The position numbers and the translations under genes were made by a program. A model generated the notes under the pieces. The model ran no database searches and was not told the DNA's origin. It saw only the letters and a list, made by a program, of their open reading frames with translations. This document shows, one piece after another, positions 44,154-64,000 of a stretch of 64,000 bases of DNA. The DNA is from Guillardia theta CCMP2712 (taxonomy: Eukaryota > Protista > Cryptophyta), in NCBI RefSeq assembly GCF_000315625.1, contig NW_005434629.1, forward strand, positions 444,575-508,574. The letters run 5' to 3'. Within the stretch, counting starts at the first letter, position 1. Each line of letters starts with the position of its first letter.

Positions 44154-45942
44154 CGGTGATTGGTATGGTTGAAAGCAGCTGTAAGAAAGGAGAGATATTC
44201 TTGGATGTATTTAGGGTCAAGTTTGGTGAAATCAATAAATGGCATTCTCAATGTACCTGGCGCCCGTGACAACGGCGGCCGGCCGCCCCCGGCGGCCGCC
44301 CGGCCGCTGCCCCTGAGGGCCGGGCCGGGGCTGAGTCGGATCGGCGGACGCCGGCGGGCCGCGGGCCCGCGCGACTCGCCGCCACTGGGCGGCCTGCAGG
44401 TTTGCCGGCCCGGCGGCCGGGGCCGGCACCCGGTGACAGTGACCCGCGGGCCGGGCCGGCCCCAGCGGCCCGGGTCCGAGAGTCACGAGTCAGGCTGGCC
44501 CGGTGACTGCCGGGGCGGCCGCCGGGCCCGCCGGGCCGGCCGGGCGTCACGCCACAGGGCCACGGTACTACAAATTGCAATTAGAGCCGTGTCCATGATT
44601 AGTACCAGAAGGACAGGATCGAGAATTAACTAAAGCTACAAGCGAACGTAATGACGGTACCCGGTACCGTCGCCGCCGGTCCGACTCGCCGATCCGTCGT
44701 AGGCCGCGGGGCTCAGCGGCTACTAGCCCCGGTGACCGGGCGCGGGGCCGCCCGGTTAGGCTGTGCCACCGTACGCGGCGGCCGGGCCGGGCCGCTAGGG
44801 ACGGTTCCGCGGCCCGGCCGCCCGGCCGGGCGGCCGGGGCGGGGGGCGCCGCCCGGCCGTTCCCGGGCTCGCCGGGGCCGGCCCGGCCCGGCCGGCGGCG
44901 GCCCCCTAGTCACTGGGCCTACCGTACCGTAGTACTCAGTAACTCCGCACGGTGGGTTAGGCTGGGCTCGGGGTAGGCAAAGCCTCTCGGAGGCTCGGAG
45001 TTTTAAGGACTTTGCATTAGAATTAAGTAACTTTTCGCTTGATTTTAAGGACTTTCCTTCTAAAAATAACTCAATTTCATTCAACTTTACGTATTTTTTA
45101 CTCAAAAAGAACTGCTGCCTTTCAGAGGGTGGTTAATAATTTTGCTCAAGGGGTGGCATATACACAGCGAATAGGCATCCATGATCTACCAACTTACTTA
45201 GTGATCTAGAATATAAATATCCTCTATATGATGGCCTAGATCAACCCTGCTCTATCAAAATCGCCAAAAGGGGGTCCTTTAGAGAGTATGAGGGATGGAG
45301 GAGGGCAGAGAACACTTCCCCTCATCCTCCTCCTCCCCTCCTCCTACCCACCACCCCTCCCCCCCCTCCTGACCCTTTCTTTCCTCCCCCACCCCCTCCC
45401 TCGCCCCGTCCTCCTCCCCCCCCCCTTCCGCCGGCGGCAGCTTCTCCTCTCGTTCCCGGCTGCCCGTGCTCCCGCCGCCCATGTCGCGCCCTCCGCGCCC
45501 TCCTCCTCCGCCATGCATGCTCGCACGCCAGCATGGCGAAGCGCCCCCAGCTCTCGTGCTGCCATTATTGTCGCTGTAGCCCCGTGCCGATGCTTGCTTC
45601 TGAAGGCGCTCGTGAGGCTTGTGTTGATTCGGTGAAGTTGTAAATTCAGAATGTTTTATGCTTCGCAATCTTGTTCGTGCATGTGTGTTGTTCCTGGCGG
45701 ATCTTCATTCCTCCACGCATTTGAGAGTAGCTCGAACCTGTAGTCCCTGGTTAGTTGAGAGTTCGGCTCCGCCGCGCCGTCCTGACGCGAGGCCGCGCCA
45801 TCATAGCTGCTCATCAGAGAGGAATGGGAGGCAGATTGCTAACAATTTTCGTGCTCAGGTCCACACAACACCTGATCTTGGTTCCTCTCGTGGGAGGTCG
45901 CGGGAAGCACAAATGGCAAGTATCTGTTGTTAACAGTGTAAA

Positions 45943-48900
45943 ATGTCCGAAGCTAGCCACAAGGACAGCGAGCAAGTGGCCCTGGATCAAGCAGGAAACG
46001 AGAATGGCGATGCTGAGAAGAGGAAGCGAAAGAGAGAGGGGGGAGACGTGAAGAATCAAGCCCAGACCATGACGAGGCCTCCCAGCCGCAGAAGAAAGTT
46101 ATGAGCGTCAAGGTGATGTGCTCAATAAGCGGCACCCTCTGACAGCTCTATCAGGGACAAGGAGCTCAATGCTTTGAAGAAGGCAAGCGAGAGCCAAATG
46201 AGGATGAAAAATCTCGGATGCTTGCTCGAGATGTCAGTGGAGATCGTCAGAATGTGCGTGAATGCTTGAGCCGTCTTCCTGTCAGTGCACAGTCCCTAAA
46301 CTCACTTGGTAGGGGGACACGGAAGGCACTCTTGCTTCTGCCGCCGAACAAGGTAACGCTGTTATGTGCTTGATGCAGCACGGCATGGTTGACTAACTCA
46401 GCAGCAGGTGGCAAAGGATCGAAGTTTGGGATCCTGCATGCCCAAGATGGAATGGCAGAGACAGGTGCAAGTCAATTCTGATCAATCAAAGTGCAGACGC
46501 GATGTTGACTTGCAGTCTCAGATGAAGGTGCTGAGAGCGATTCCCAAAACAAGACCCTGGATGAGTCGTTGCCAATGTCAGAATCCGCACTGTCATTATC
46601 CCAGGATTCCCAGGGGGTTGTTGATGTGACGACAAGCAGCTTCGGGCTGCGTTACCGCATCGAGGAACAACTTCAGAAGATGCCTCTCAGCGTTGATACA
46701 GATTTCGGGCAGATCACCATCTACTCGTTTGGCGCGATCGTTTTTGACGTGGAGGGATACTGGAATGCAAATCACATCTTCCCTGTAGGTTATTCGGGAA
46801 TCCACACCCTCGTTACTGCGCAGGAAGATCCTGCCAAGATTACTTTCTTCTTTGAGATACGATATGATGGTGCTGGCCTGGGGAACACACCGCTGTTTGT
46901 AGTGTCTCCTCAATCCGTTCCACATGAGTTTTCCTCCGCTGACGCCGACGATGCGTGGAAACAAGCTCTGGATGAGACGAAAGCGACTTGGCCTTGGGAA
47001 TCGGCGGCGATGCCTCCTGGTCCAGCGCTCTTCGGGTTGACCTGCGAGAAGATCAGGGAGAGAATCAACAGCATGCCTGGGAGTAGCCTCTGTCATGTTG
47101 GCTCTAGCCTGCACAAGGCTCGTCGCAGTGCCTTCCTTGAAGCCTCTCGTAGTCTCAAGGATGTAAAGAAGGGAAAAGATGCAGACAGTAGGAAATCAAG
47201 GGATGGAGACAGCCAGGATAAGGACAAGGGCACCAAGAAAGAATCAAGGGAAGAACGCAACCGCCGCAAGGAGGAGGCAAAGAAATCCAGGCTTATGGAA
47301 CGAGAGCGATTGAGGAAAGAGAGGTTGAAGCAGAAACAGCAGGAGAAAGATCACCTGAATGAACTCAAGGAGAAGCAGAAACTAGAAGCGCAAAAGAGGA
47401 AGGATCAAGAGAAAGAGATCGTCAAGGACCTGCGAGAAAAGAGGCAAGCAGAGATAGAGAAAGCCAAGGAGGAGAGGAGGATCGCGGTTGAAAACTATAG
47501 AGAGATGGAGAAGAAAATTAGAGAGCAGCAGCGTCTGGCAAAAGTTCTTGAATTGAGACAGTCGGTGATGGAGGACCTGGAGTTGATGAACCTCAGGAAG
47601 TTTGAGAACCCCGAAGACAGCAAACCCATCAAGGACTGGTCGGAGCAGATTTTTGTCGAGCCCTCAGACAGGAAAGACATCCTGGAGTCAGAGAAACCGT
47701 GCCCGACCTTGCCTGAGCAGCACACCAGCGCGATCATTGAGATCTGGGAGTTTGTCAACATGTTCTCGGAGAGGTTGTGTTGTAAGAAAATGCCGTGGTC
47801 GGAGTTTTCGGAAGCGATCATGGATGAATGCTGTCTGGTCTTTCATGGCCTACATGTCCAACTTGTGAACATGATCTATCATGACTTGCCAGCTGCCGAC
47901 CATCCTTTCCGTGGACGGCCGTTGAACAGTCTGACCTGGCCAGAATTGTTTCGTCAGTACTTGCTAATGGTGCGCCAAGAGTACAAGGATGAAGAACTGG
48001 ATGAGCTGGCTACAAAGCTGCGCCTGCATGAGATGCAATTGTCTCTGGAGCACGAGCGGTACGAAGACCTTCCGTTTGATACCAGAATCCTGCTTCTTTC
48101 CTTCAACATGAACCTGGCCATGGAGACGCACACGATCCGCAACATGATCGACGAGCGCATCGAGAAGCATGCGTCTCTCCAGTATGAGAAGCGACAAGAA
48201 TTCTATCAGCTAGCAAGAGATAGCCGAGAAGGCAAATCGACATTTGGAGACCGCAAGGACGAGTTGCCGTTGCACACGATCGAAGAAGTTGAGAGTGCAG
48301 TCATGGAGCTTCAGGACATTCTGACAGACGCGGTTTCGGATCCCGACGGTTCGTACGGTCCAGGTCTTTGGCCGACCGTGTCACTGGAAGCCATTGAAGT
48401 TATACGGGCCTCGGCGAGGATCTTGTTGGGATGCTTGGCGAGCGGAGAGTGCAGTTTCAAGTCATGCGATGCGATCAGGCGATCGTACATTCACGACCTC
48501 TCAAGTCGGATGGTGAACTCAGTGGAGAAGAACGGGAACAGGTGGCATGAGGAGTGGAAGACTCTGCTCAACAACTCCTTGGATCAAGTGCTGGGGACGC
48601 AGCCGTCGAGCCGACTCCCTGAAATCTTTGAGAACCTTGCAAACTTATACGAGCCTGAACCGACAGAGTCCGAGTATGTTGACAAGAACGGCTCAGAGGG
48701 CACGGAAAGGATGCAGGTTGGAGGAAAGACGATCTATGGGCTGTCAAATAGGGGCGCAAACCCTGAAGATGACGATCATGATGATGCTGAGGATGATGAA
48801 GAAGAGTATGATGAAGAATCCGAGGAAAGCGATGATGCCCACGACAACGATGAGGAGGGAGATAATGACGACGACGATGACGACGATGACGATGCTGAAG

Positions 48901-51900
48901 ACAATCATCACAATGAGGAAGAAGATGAAGATGCGAACGATGATGATGCTGACGACGACGACGACGACGACGACGGCGATGAGGAGGATAGAAAGGAAAG
49001 TCTGCGGGAGTCAGGCAAGAAGCAGCATCGGGGCATACCACAGACAGACGGGCTGGACATCTTTCATTGCCTCTCACAAGTCGATGGTGCAGAGGATGAG
49101 GGGTCGTCGTTTCATCTCGGGTCTGACGACCAGGAATCTAATTTCTCCAATAGAAACTCCCCTACTGGCCTTGAGACCAGTGAGCTCGCCAGCCCAAGTC
49201 AAGGCAAGAAGGCCAAACAATCTCAGCCGAAAAAAGATGTCAAAGGATCCGACGGTGCCAAGAAGAAAGCAGGCGACTCATCTGAAAAGAAACCTGCCAA
49301 GAAACCTTCTCAGAAACAACCGGCTGGCCCGAAACGTCCACAGCCGGCTTTCTTCCACTACTGCAACGCAGTGCGAGATCAAGTCAAGCTCGAAAACCCT
49401 TCGTGCTCGTTTGGCGAGCTGTCGAAGCTGATCGGAAAGAAGTGGTCGGAGCTTCCTGCAGCAGACAAGGTCAAGTACGTCGACATGGAGGAGAAGGACA
49501 GAGAGAGGTACAGCGCAGAGATGAAGTCGACCATGTTGGGAGGGAGCCCCCCTGCGAAGGCATCCAAGTCGACGATCAAAACGGAGAAAGACAGTGAGTT
49601 GCCTGAAGACACGCTGATGACCCTAGAGGACGACAGCGAGTCTGACACGTCATCACCGAGCGCAAACCAGGACGCGAGCGAAAGCGAGCACAGAGCCAAA
49701 GGAGGGCACGTGGGGGCTGATGGCAAGAACTCCAAGGGCTCCAGTGTCAGGATCACTGTCATCCCGATGAGAAAGGCGAGCATGAACGCGAGCAGTAGGA
49801 AAGGAGCCTCGAGGAAGATCCGCAAGGGAGAGGAGCCTGTTGACTGGATCCAGTGCGACTCGTGCAATACCTGGCGATTCTTCTACCCCGGGCTTGCCCC
49901 GAACACTGTGACTGAAGCGTGGAACTGCAAGCAGGCAAAGAGAGAATGCGGTCAGTTGAGAATGGAAGAAGAGTTCATGAAGGACTGGACTGACATGATG
50001 AAGAACGACAACCAGGCAACTTGTTATAAGTTTGTCCTCGAGGGCGTCACGTTTGTTGTCTACGAGCTGTACTGGTCGGTGATCTCCCTCGGAGGGTCCA
50101 GCGCTGTCTCCAAGTGGAAGGACGTCGGCAACGACATGATGTGGCGGAAGAAGGGTGTGCTCGTGAGCAAGACCCCAGGGAAGAACTACGGGCTGATCAA
50201 GAATCAGTGGGAGCGATGGCAGCTATCAAAGTTCGAGGAGCTCTACTCGTCCAAACCCGTGCCGGAGGAGTACCTTGCCCCTGCTGTGGATCCCAAGAGG
50301 AAGGACAAGGACAAGGAGACTGCTGCTATCCACTCTCCCCTTAGCATCGACGCACCCAACTCCAACTCCAAGAAAGAGGCTCCGTGGAAGGGAAGGAAGA
50401 TGTGGCCAAGGAAAGAGATCAGCTTCCCGGCGGAGACAGGCTCTCCTGTCCCCTTTGAAAGCACCAGCCCCATTCCTTCGATGGAGTCTCCAGTCATCCA
50501 GGCACAGCTCCCCCCTCTGCCTGTCTATAACCCTCTTCCTCCTCTCCCCGAGCTGACCTACGACGACAAGCTGCACCTGCGCATGAACGAGAGCGTCTCC
50601 TTCGCGCGAGGGCTGCGGGTGGACGGCGAAGTCTCCGTCAAGAAGGCCAACGACGTGATATGGAGGACGAGGCTCGAGGCCGTGAAGCTGCGCGACGAGC
50701 CGCTGGGGCAGGATCGCTTCTTCAACCGCTACTGGGTGCTCAACGACGACTTCTCCAGGATCTGGGTGCAGAGGGTCAACTCGGAGCACGGGCTGGAGTC
50801 CTCGTGGGGGGCATACACGACCATCGAGGAGGTAGACAAGCTAATAGGGCTCCTCGACCCCCACGGCATGCGCGAGAACAACCTGAAGGAGGTGGGGCAG
50901 AGGCGCTGATGCTGATGTGTGCTGACCGGCTTGCAGTCGTTGGAAGCCTACCGGGATGACTTCAATCGTGCGATGCACAAGAAGGAGGAGGGAGGAGGAG
51001 CATCCAAGTCGCAGGAGGAGGATCCTGACCTGCAAGAGCTCAAAGTCACGCACGACAGCATCAGCACCAAGGCCGCTCACTTCCTGGTTGTGGAGAACAA
51101 GTCCAAGTTCGAGCACGCTCTCAAGATCAAGTTCCACCAGTCAGTTTTCGGCCTGTCGCACGGGAGTGAGATGCAGGTGTGATGTCGTCGGGATGCCAGG
51201 GGAAGCGTCTGGTTGACCCGATGCGCAGGAGATGAGGAGGGTGTTCGCTATCCCCGCGGAGATTTGTACAGAGGAAGCGGGAAAGGTCAGACCAGCTCGA
51301 GGAGTTTTCAACCTCTGAATAGCTGCAGATTCATATCTGTGAGAATCTCCGCAAGCTCAAAGGAGATGCGCTGACTATCCACATGGTCCTCGATCCTCCT
51401 CCTCTCCCTCCTGCTGACTCACTTCGCAGGCGATCTCGGAGCTGCATGGCGGCGAGCTGAGCTTCGGCGACTTGTCAAGGAGGGAGTGGATGGCGACGGT
51501 GAGCTCTTCTTGTGCTCGAGAGCATGCGGCAGCTCACGAGTCTTCACCTCGCAGCTCAGGGATGCGGCGAGTGCTCAAGAGATGGAGCCTATCATAGAGC
51601 TGCTCATCGAGTCAGGTCAGTCTGCCTCCATCCGCTCCCCCCACCTTCCCCTCCACTCCCTTCCTCTCCTCTCCTCTCCCTCCTCCTCCTCCCTGCTTTT
51701 CCTCTCCCTACTTGCCCATCCCCTTCCCCTTCTTTCGTCGATGCATCTGACGTCAAAGCTAGTCAACTCCTGCTGGTTGCATCCTTGGTTTTCCCACATC
51801 CCCAGGTGAGCCGCGTGCTGCGCCTTTTCCCTCGCTCGCTCGCTCGCTCGCTCCTCCCCACCTCCCCTCTCCCCCTTTTCACACTCGCCGGCTCTCATCT

Positions 51901-52254
51901 ACGTTTCTCCCTCTTTTCCGTGTCCTCATCTCGACGCAGGGCTCGATTCTCGACCCTGGAGGAGACGGAGGTGAAGGAGTCGCAAGCTGACGGCAAGGAG
52001 CACGATCATGCAGCTGTTAGCATGGAGGTGGACGAGGATCAGCAGGCGCAGGAGGAAGAGAAGCGAAGCATCGTCACTTGTGCAACCGTCGCCCTCCTCC
52101 TGTCAGTTCCCCACCCCACCCCCCTGCCTCCTCGTTGACGAGTTGCACTCTCAGGTATGGTCTTGATGACGCGCTAGTTTACGACAAAACTGGGAAGAGT
52201 GCCGCTCCTGCGGCCAAGCCCTCGTCCAAGAAGAAGAAGTCAGGGAAGAAGTGA
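45943..52254 (+). CDS. Multidomain chromatin protein: FYRN/FYRC, DDT, WHIM1, HMG box, CW zinc finger, ARID-like, WSD (ISWI-partner type); start approximate
   Basis: HIFPVGY...PALFGLT (FYR); IIEIWEFVNMFSERL and LTWPELFRQYL (DDT); YEDLPFDTRILLL (WHIM1); PKRPQPAFF...IGKKWSEL (HMG); WIQCDSCNTWR...WNC (CW); YELYWSVISLGG..KWKDV (ARID); PLGQDRFFNRYW...LDPHGMRENNL (WSD). Main exon about 46516-50892; stop TGA at 52252-52254. Confidence 0.88.
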
Positions 52255-52791
52255 TTGGTTCGAACAAACAGCAACAGATTGCATGTCTCTCAGATCGTCG
52301 TTGTATTCTTTTCGGAGCTGATGTCCGAAGTCAGTTCTGAACCATGTGGATAGGATGTAAAAAAGGAAATCTCCCAATGAAACAAGCTTCATTCGTGAAT
52401 CATGTCATGTCAAGCAAAGATCAAGATGGTTCTTGCTCGACTGCTGACTATCTCTTCACCAGAACTTCTGATGTGTTGAGAACGAAAAGTGTCCTCTCAG
52501 CAGCTTGTCGTTGGAGTAGGTCGAGATCAGTTTCTAACAGACCAAAAGTCAGAAAGATGATGGGGAGAAATAGAATAAACATGATCTCTCCTTTCCCCCT
52601 CCCTCGCTCCCTCCCTCGCTCCTCCTCTTTCCTCGCTCCCTCCCTCCCTTGCGCTGCCGTCCTCTAACCTTCATCCATTCTCTTCTGTAGTTCTTTCTCA
52701 CCTCTGCAAAGATGCTCAACTCCTTCACCTGTTCCTACTTACTTGCACCACTTTCGCGTCTGCTCTTACTTCACCTCGTTTTCTATTCCCA

Positions 52792-52835
<44 letters not shown>

Positions 52836-53079
52836 CCTCCTTCATCAATAAAACACATCAAGCTAAAACATTTCATCATGGTCAAGATCAAATTTCATCA
52901 TCTTCTTTGTAATTTGAACAGAATCGCTAAGTCCATTGCAATAAAGTGTCATCGTCATTTTTCTAACAAGATCGTTGTCATCTGTTTCATCCTTATCACC
53001 TCTCTCGTAATTTCAACATCATCTCAACAGCCTGTTCCTCCAACACTACCATGTTCTCAACTCATGCTCCTCTTCCTCC

Positions 53080-53325
53080 TTGTCCTTGTCCTCGTTCTCG
53101 TCTTTGTCCTCGTCCTTATCCTCGTCCTTGTCCTCGTCCTTGTCCTCGTCCTTGTCCTCGTCCTTATCCTCCTCCTTGTCCTCGTCCTTATCCTCGTCCT
53201 TATCCTTATCCTCGTCCTCGTCCTCGTCCTCGTCCTTATCCTCGTCCTTGTCCTCGTCCTTATCCTCGTCCTTGTCCTCGTCCTTGTCCTCGTCCTTATC
53301 CTCGTCCTTGTCCTCGTCCTCCTCC
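53080..53325. repeat. Low-complexity 12-mer repeat (TCCTCGTCCTTR)n
   Basis: Directly visible; explains the DKDE/LVLV pseudo-ORFs. Confidence 0.9.
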
Positions 53326-53536
53326 TTTTCACCTCGGTCGGCTGAAGTTTCTTGAACATTCTTTGGCCTTTCGCTGAAGTTGACCCCACCCCCTCCTTGA
53401 AGCTTTTTTGTAGTCCGAACACCCCTACCAGTCCAATTATATTTTTTTAATTTTACGGTTTTCTTTTTTAGATTTGTTTTTTTGTTTTTTTGCTTCTTGC
53501 CGGATGCCCTGCGCACAGGTTGTGCAGAGGAAAATG

Positions 53537-53562
53537 GAGCAGGGGCAGGCGCAGGCGCAGGG

Positions 53563-53609
<47 letters not shown>

Positions 53610-53663
53610 CGCAGGAGCAGGAAGGAGGAGGGGGAGGAGAGGGGGGCTGGGGGTGGAGCAGGA

Positions 53664-53710
<47 letters not shown>

Positions 53711-53825
53711 CGCAGGAGCAGGCGCAGGCGCAGGAGCAGGCGCAGGCGCAGGAGCAGGAAGGAGGAGGGGGAGGAGAGGGGGGCTGGGGGTGGAGCAGGA
53801 ACAGGAACAGGAGCGGGAGCGGGAG
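53537..53825. repeat. (GCAGGA)n hexamer array with a duplicated block of about 55 bp
   Basis: GCAGGAAGGAGGAGGGGGAGGAGAGGGGGGCTGGGGGTGGAGCAGGAACAGGA occurs at about 53617 and about 53753. Confidence 0.85.
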
Positions 53826-54203
53826 GATCGAAGGAGAGAAGCAAGCAGCAATGAAGGAATTATGTTCATAAGATTGAAATCAGGGCCATTGAGTCATGAT
53901 GAGGCAGGTAGATGGAGAGGAAGAGGGAAATCAGATGGAGGATGCAATGAGAAGGACTTTACGACAGGAATACGATGTGAGCCTGGTAGACAAGATGTGG
54001 AAAACTGTGATGGAAATTAACAAAGAAGCAGAATTGTTGTGATCGATCATATGTTTTACCTTCTTGATCTTGGTGTGAAAGATCCGTGACGTGTTGGATG
54101 AGTGTTTGCTCAAGGAATTCTTTTTCAGATTCACAAGTTTGGCCTTGTTTGCATTTCAATCTTGACCTTCGTGGATTCATCATCTGCTGTCGGACATTCC
54201 ATC

Positions 54204-59809
<5,606 letters not shown>

Positions 59810-60019
59810 ACACAGAAATAAACTAGCTCCTCCCTCCTCCCTCCTCCCTCCTCCCTCCTGCTCGCTCCTGATCCTGTTCCTCCTGCTCCTCCTTATCATT
59901 TCCTCCTTCTCAATCCTCGTCCTCGTCCTCAGCAGCAGCAGCAGCAGCAGCTTGAACTCATCTCTCCTTCTCTTTCTCCTACACAGACGGCAGGTACAGG
60001 TGAGATTTCATCGCTATGT

Positions 60020-63987
<3,968 letters not shown>

Positions 63988-64000
63988 GGCAGCAGGTGAG

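Larger units (their letters stand above)
40445..44261. repeat. Long inverted duplication: arms about 40445-42133 and 42793-44261, spacer about 660 bp
   Basis: GCCAGGTACATTGAGAATGCC at 40445 pairs with its reverse complement ending at 44261. Identical ORF translations appear on opposite strands; scattered SNPs and indels upstream of the ATG distinguish the arms. Confidence 0.95.

Noticed and set aside
46036-46046. Apparent frameshift between the MSEASHKD start and downstream exons of the chromatin gene
   Set aside because: It falls in a G homopolymer, so a sequencing error or a start at the downstream ATG (46100) is more likely than programmed frameshifting.
52743-54020. Overlapping low-complexity ORFs (DKDE, LVLV, AGAG, RSRS)
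   Set aside because: Stop-free simple repeats open in several frames on both strands; no coding signature.

Overview
Intron-rich, compact eukaryotic nuclear DNA with short GT-AG introns, many filled with microsatellites, and several N gaps. The style resembles the cryptophyte Guillardia theta, which is an inference only. Genes I could reconstruct by hand-splicing, in order: the 3' part of a class IV aminotransferase, a TMEM260-like O-mannosyltransferase whose stop codon overlaps that of the aminotransferase, a 6TM K+ channel, ARF1, RPL17, a signal-peptide RRM protein and two small unknowns. Next comes a large minus-strand gene that appears to fuse an Asteroid/FAM120-like (XPG/FEN-type PIN) 5' nuclease to a Spindle-E/TDRD9-like DEAH helicase, an R3H domain and a LOTUS-like tail. 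It lies head-to-head with a DHX57-like helicase. After these are a decayed transposase-like region, an inverted head-to-head duplication of an unknown gene, a FYR-DDT-HMG-CW-ARID-WSD chromatin protein, an MRB1590-like ABC ATPase and a GH29 alpha-L-fucosidase. The nuclease-helicase fusion is the standout candidate for an undescribed RNA-silencing or RNA-decay machine. All family calls come from motif recognition by eye; no searches were run.
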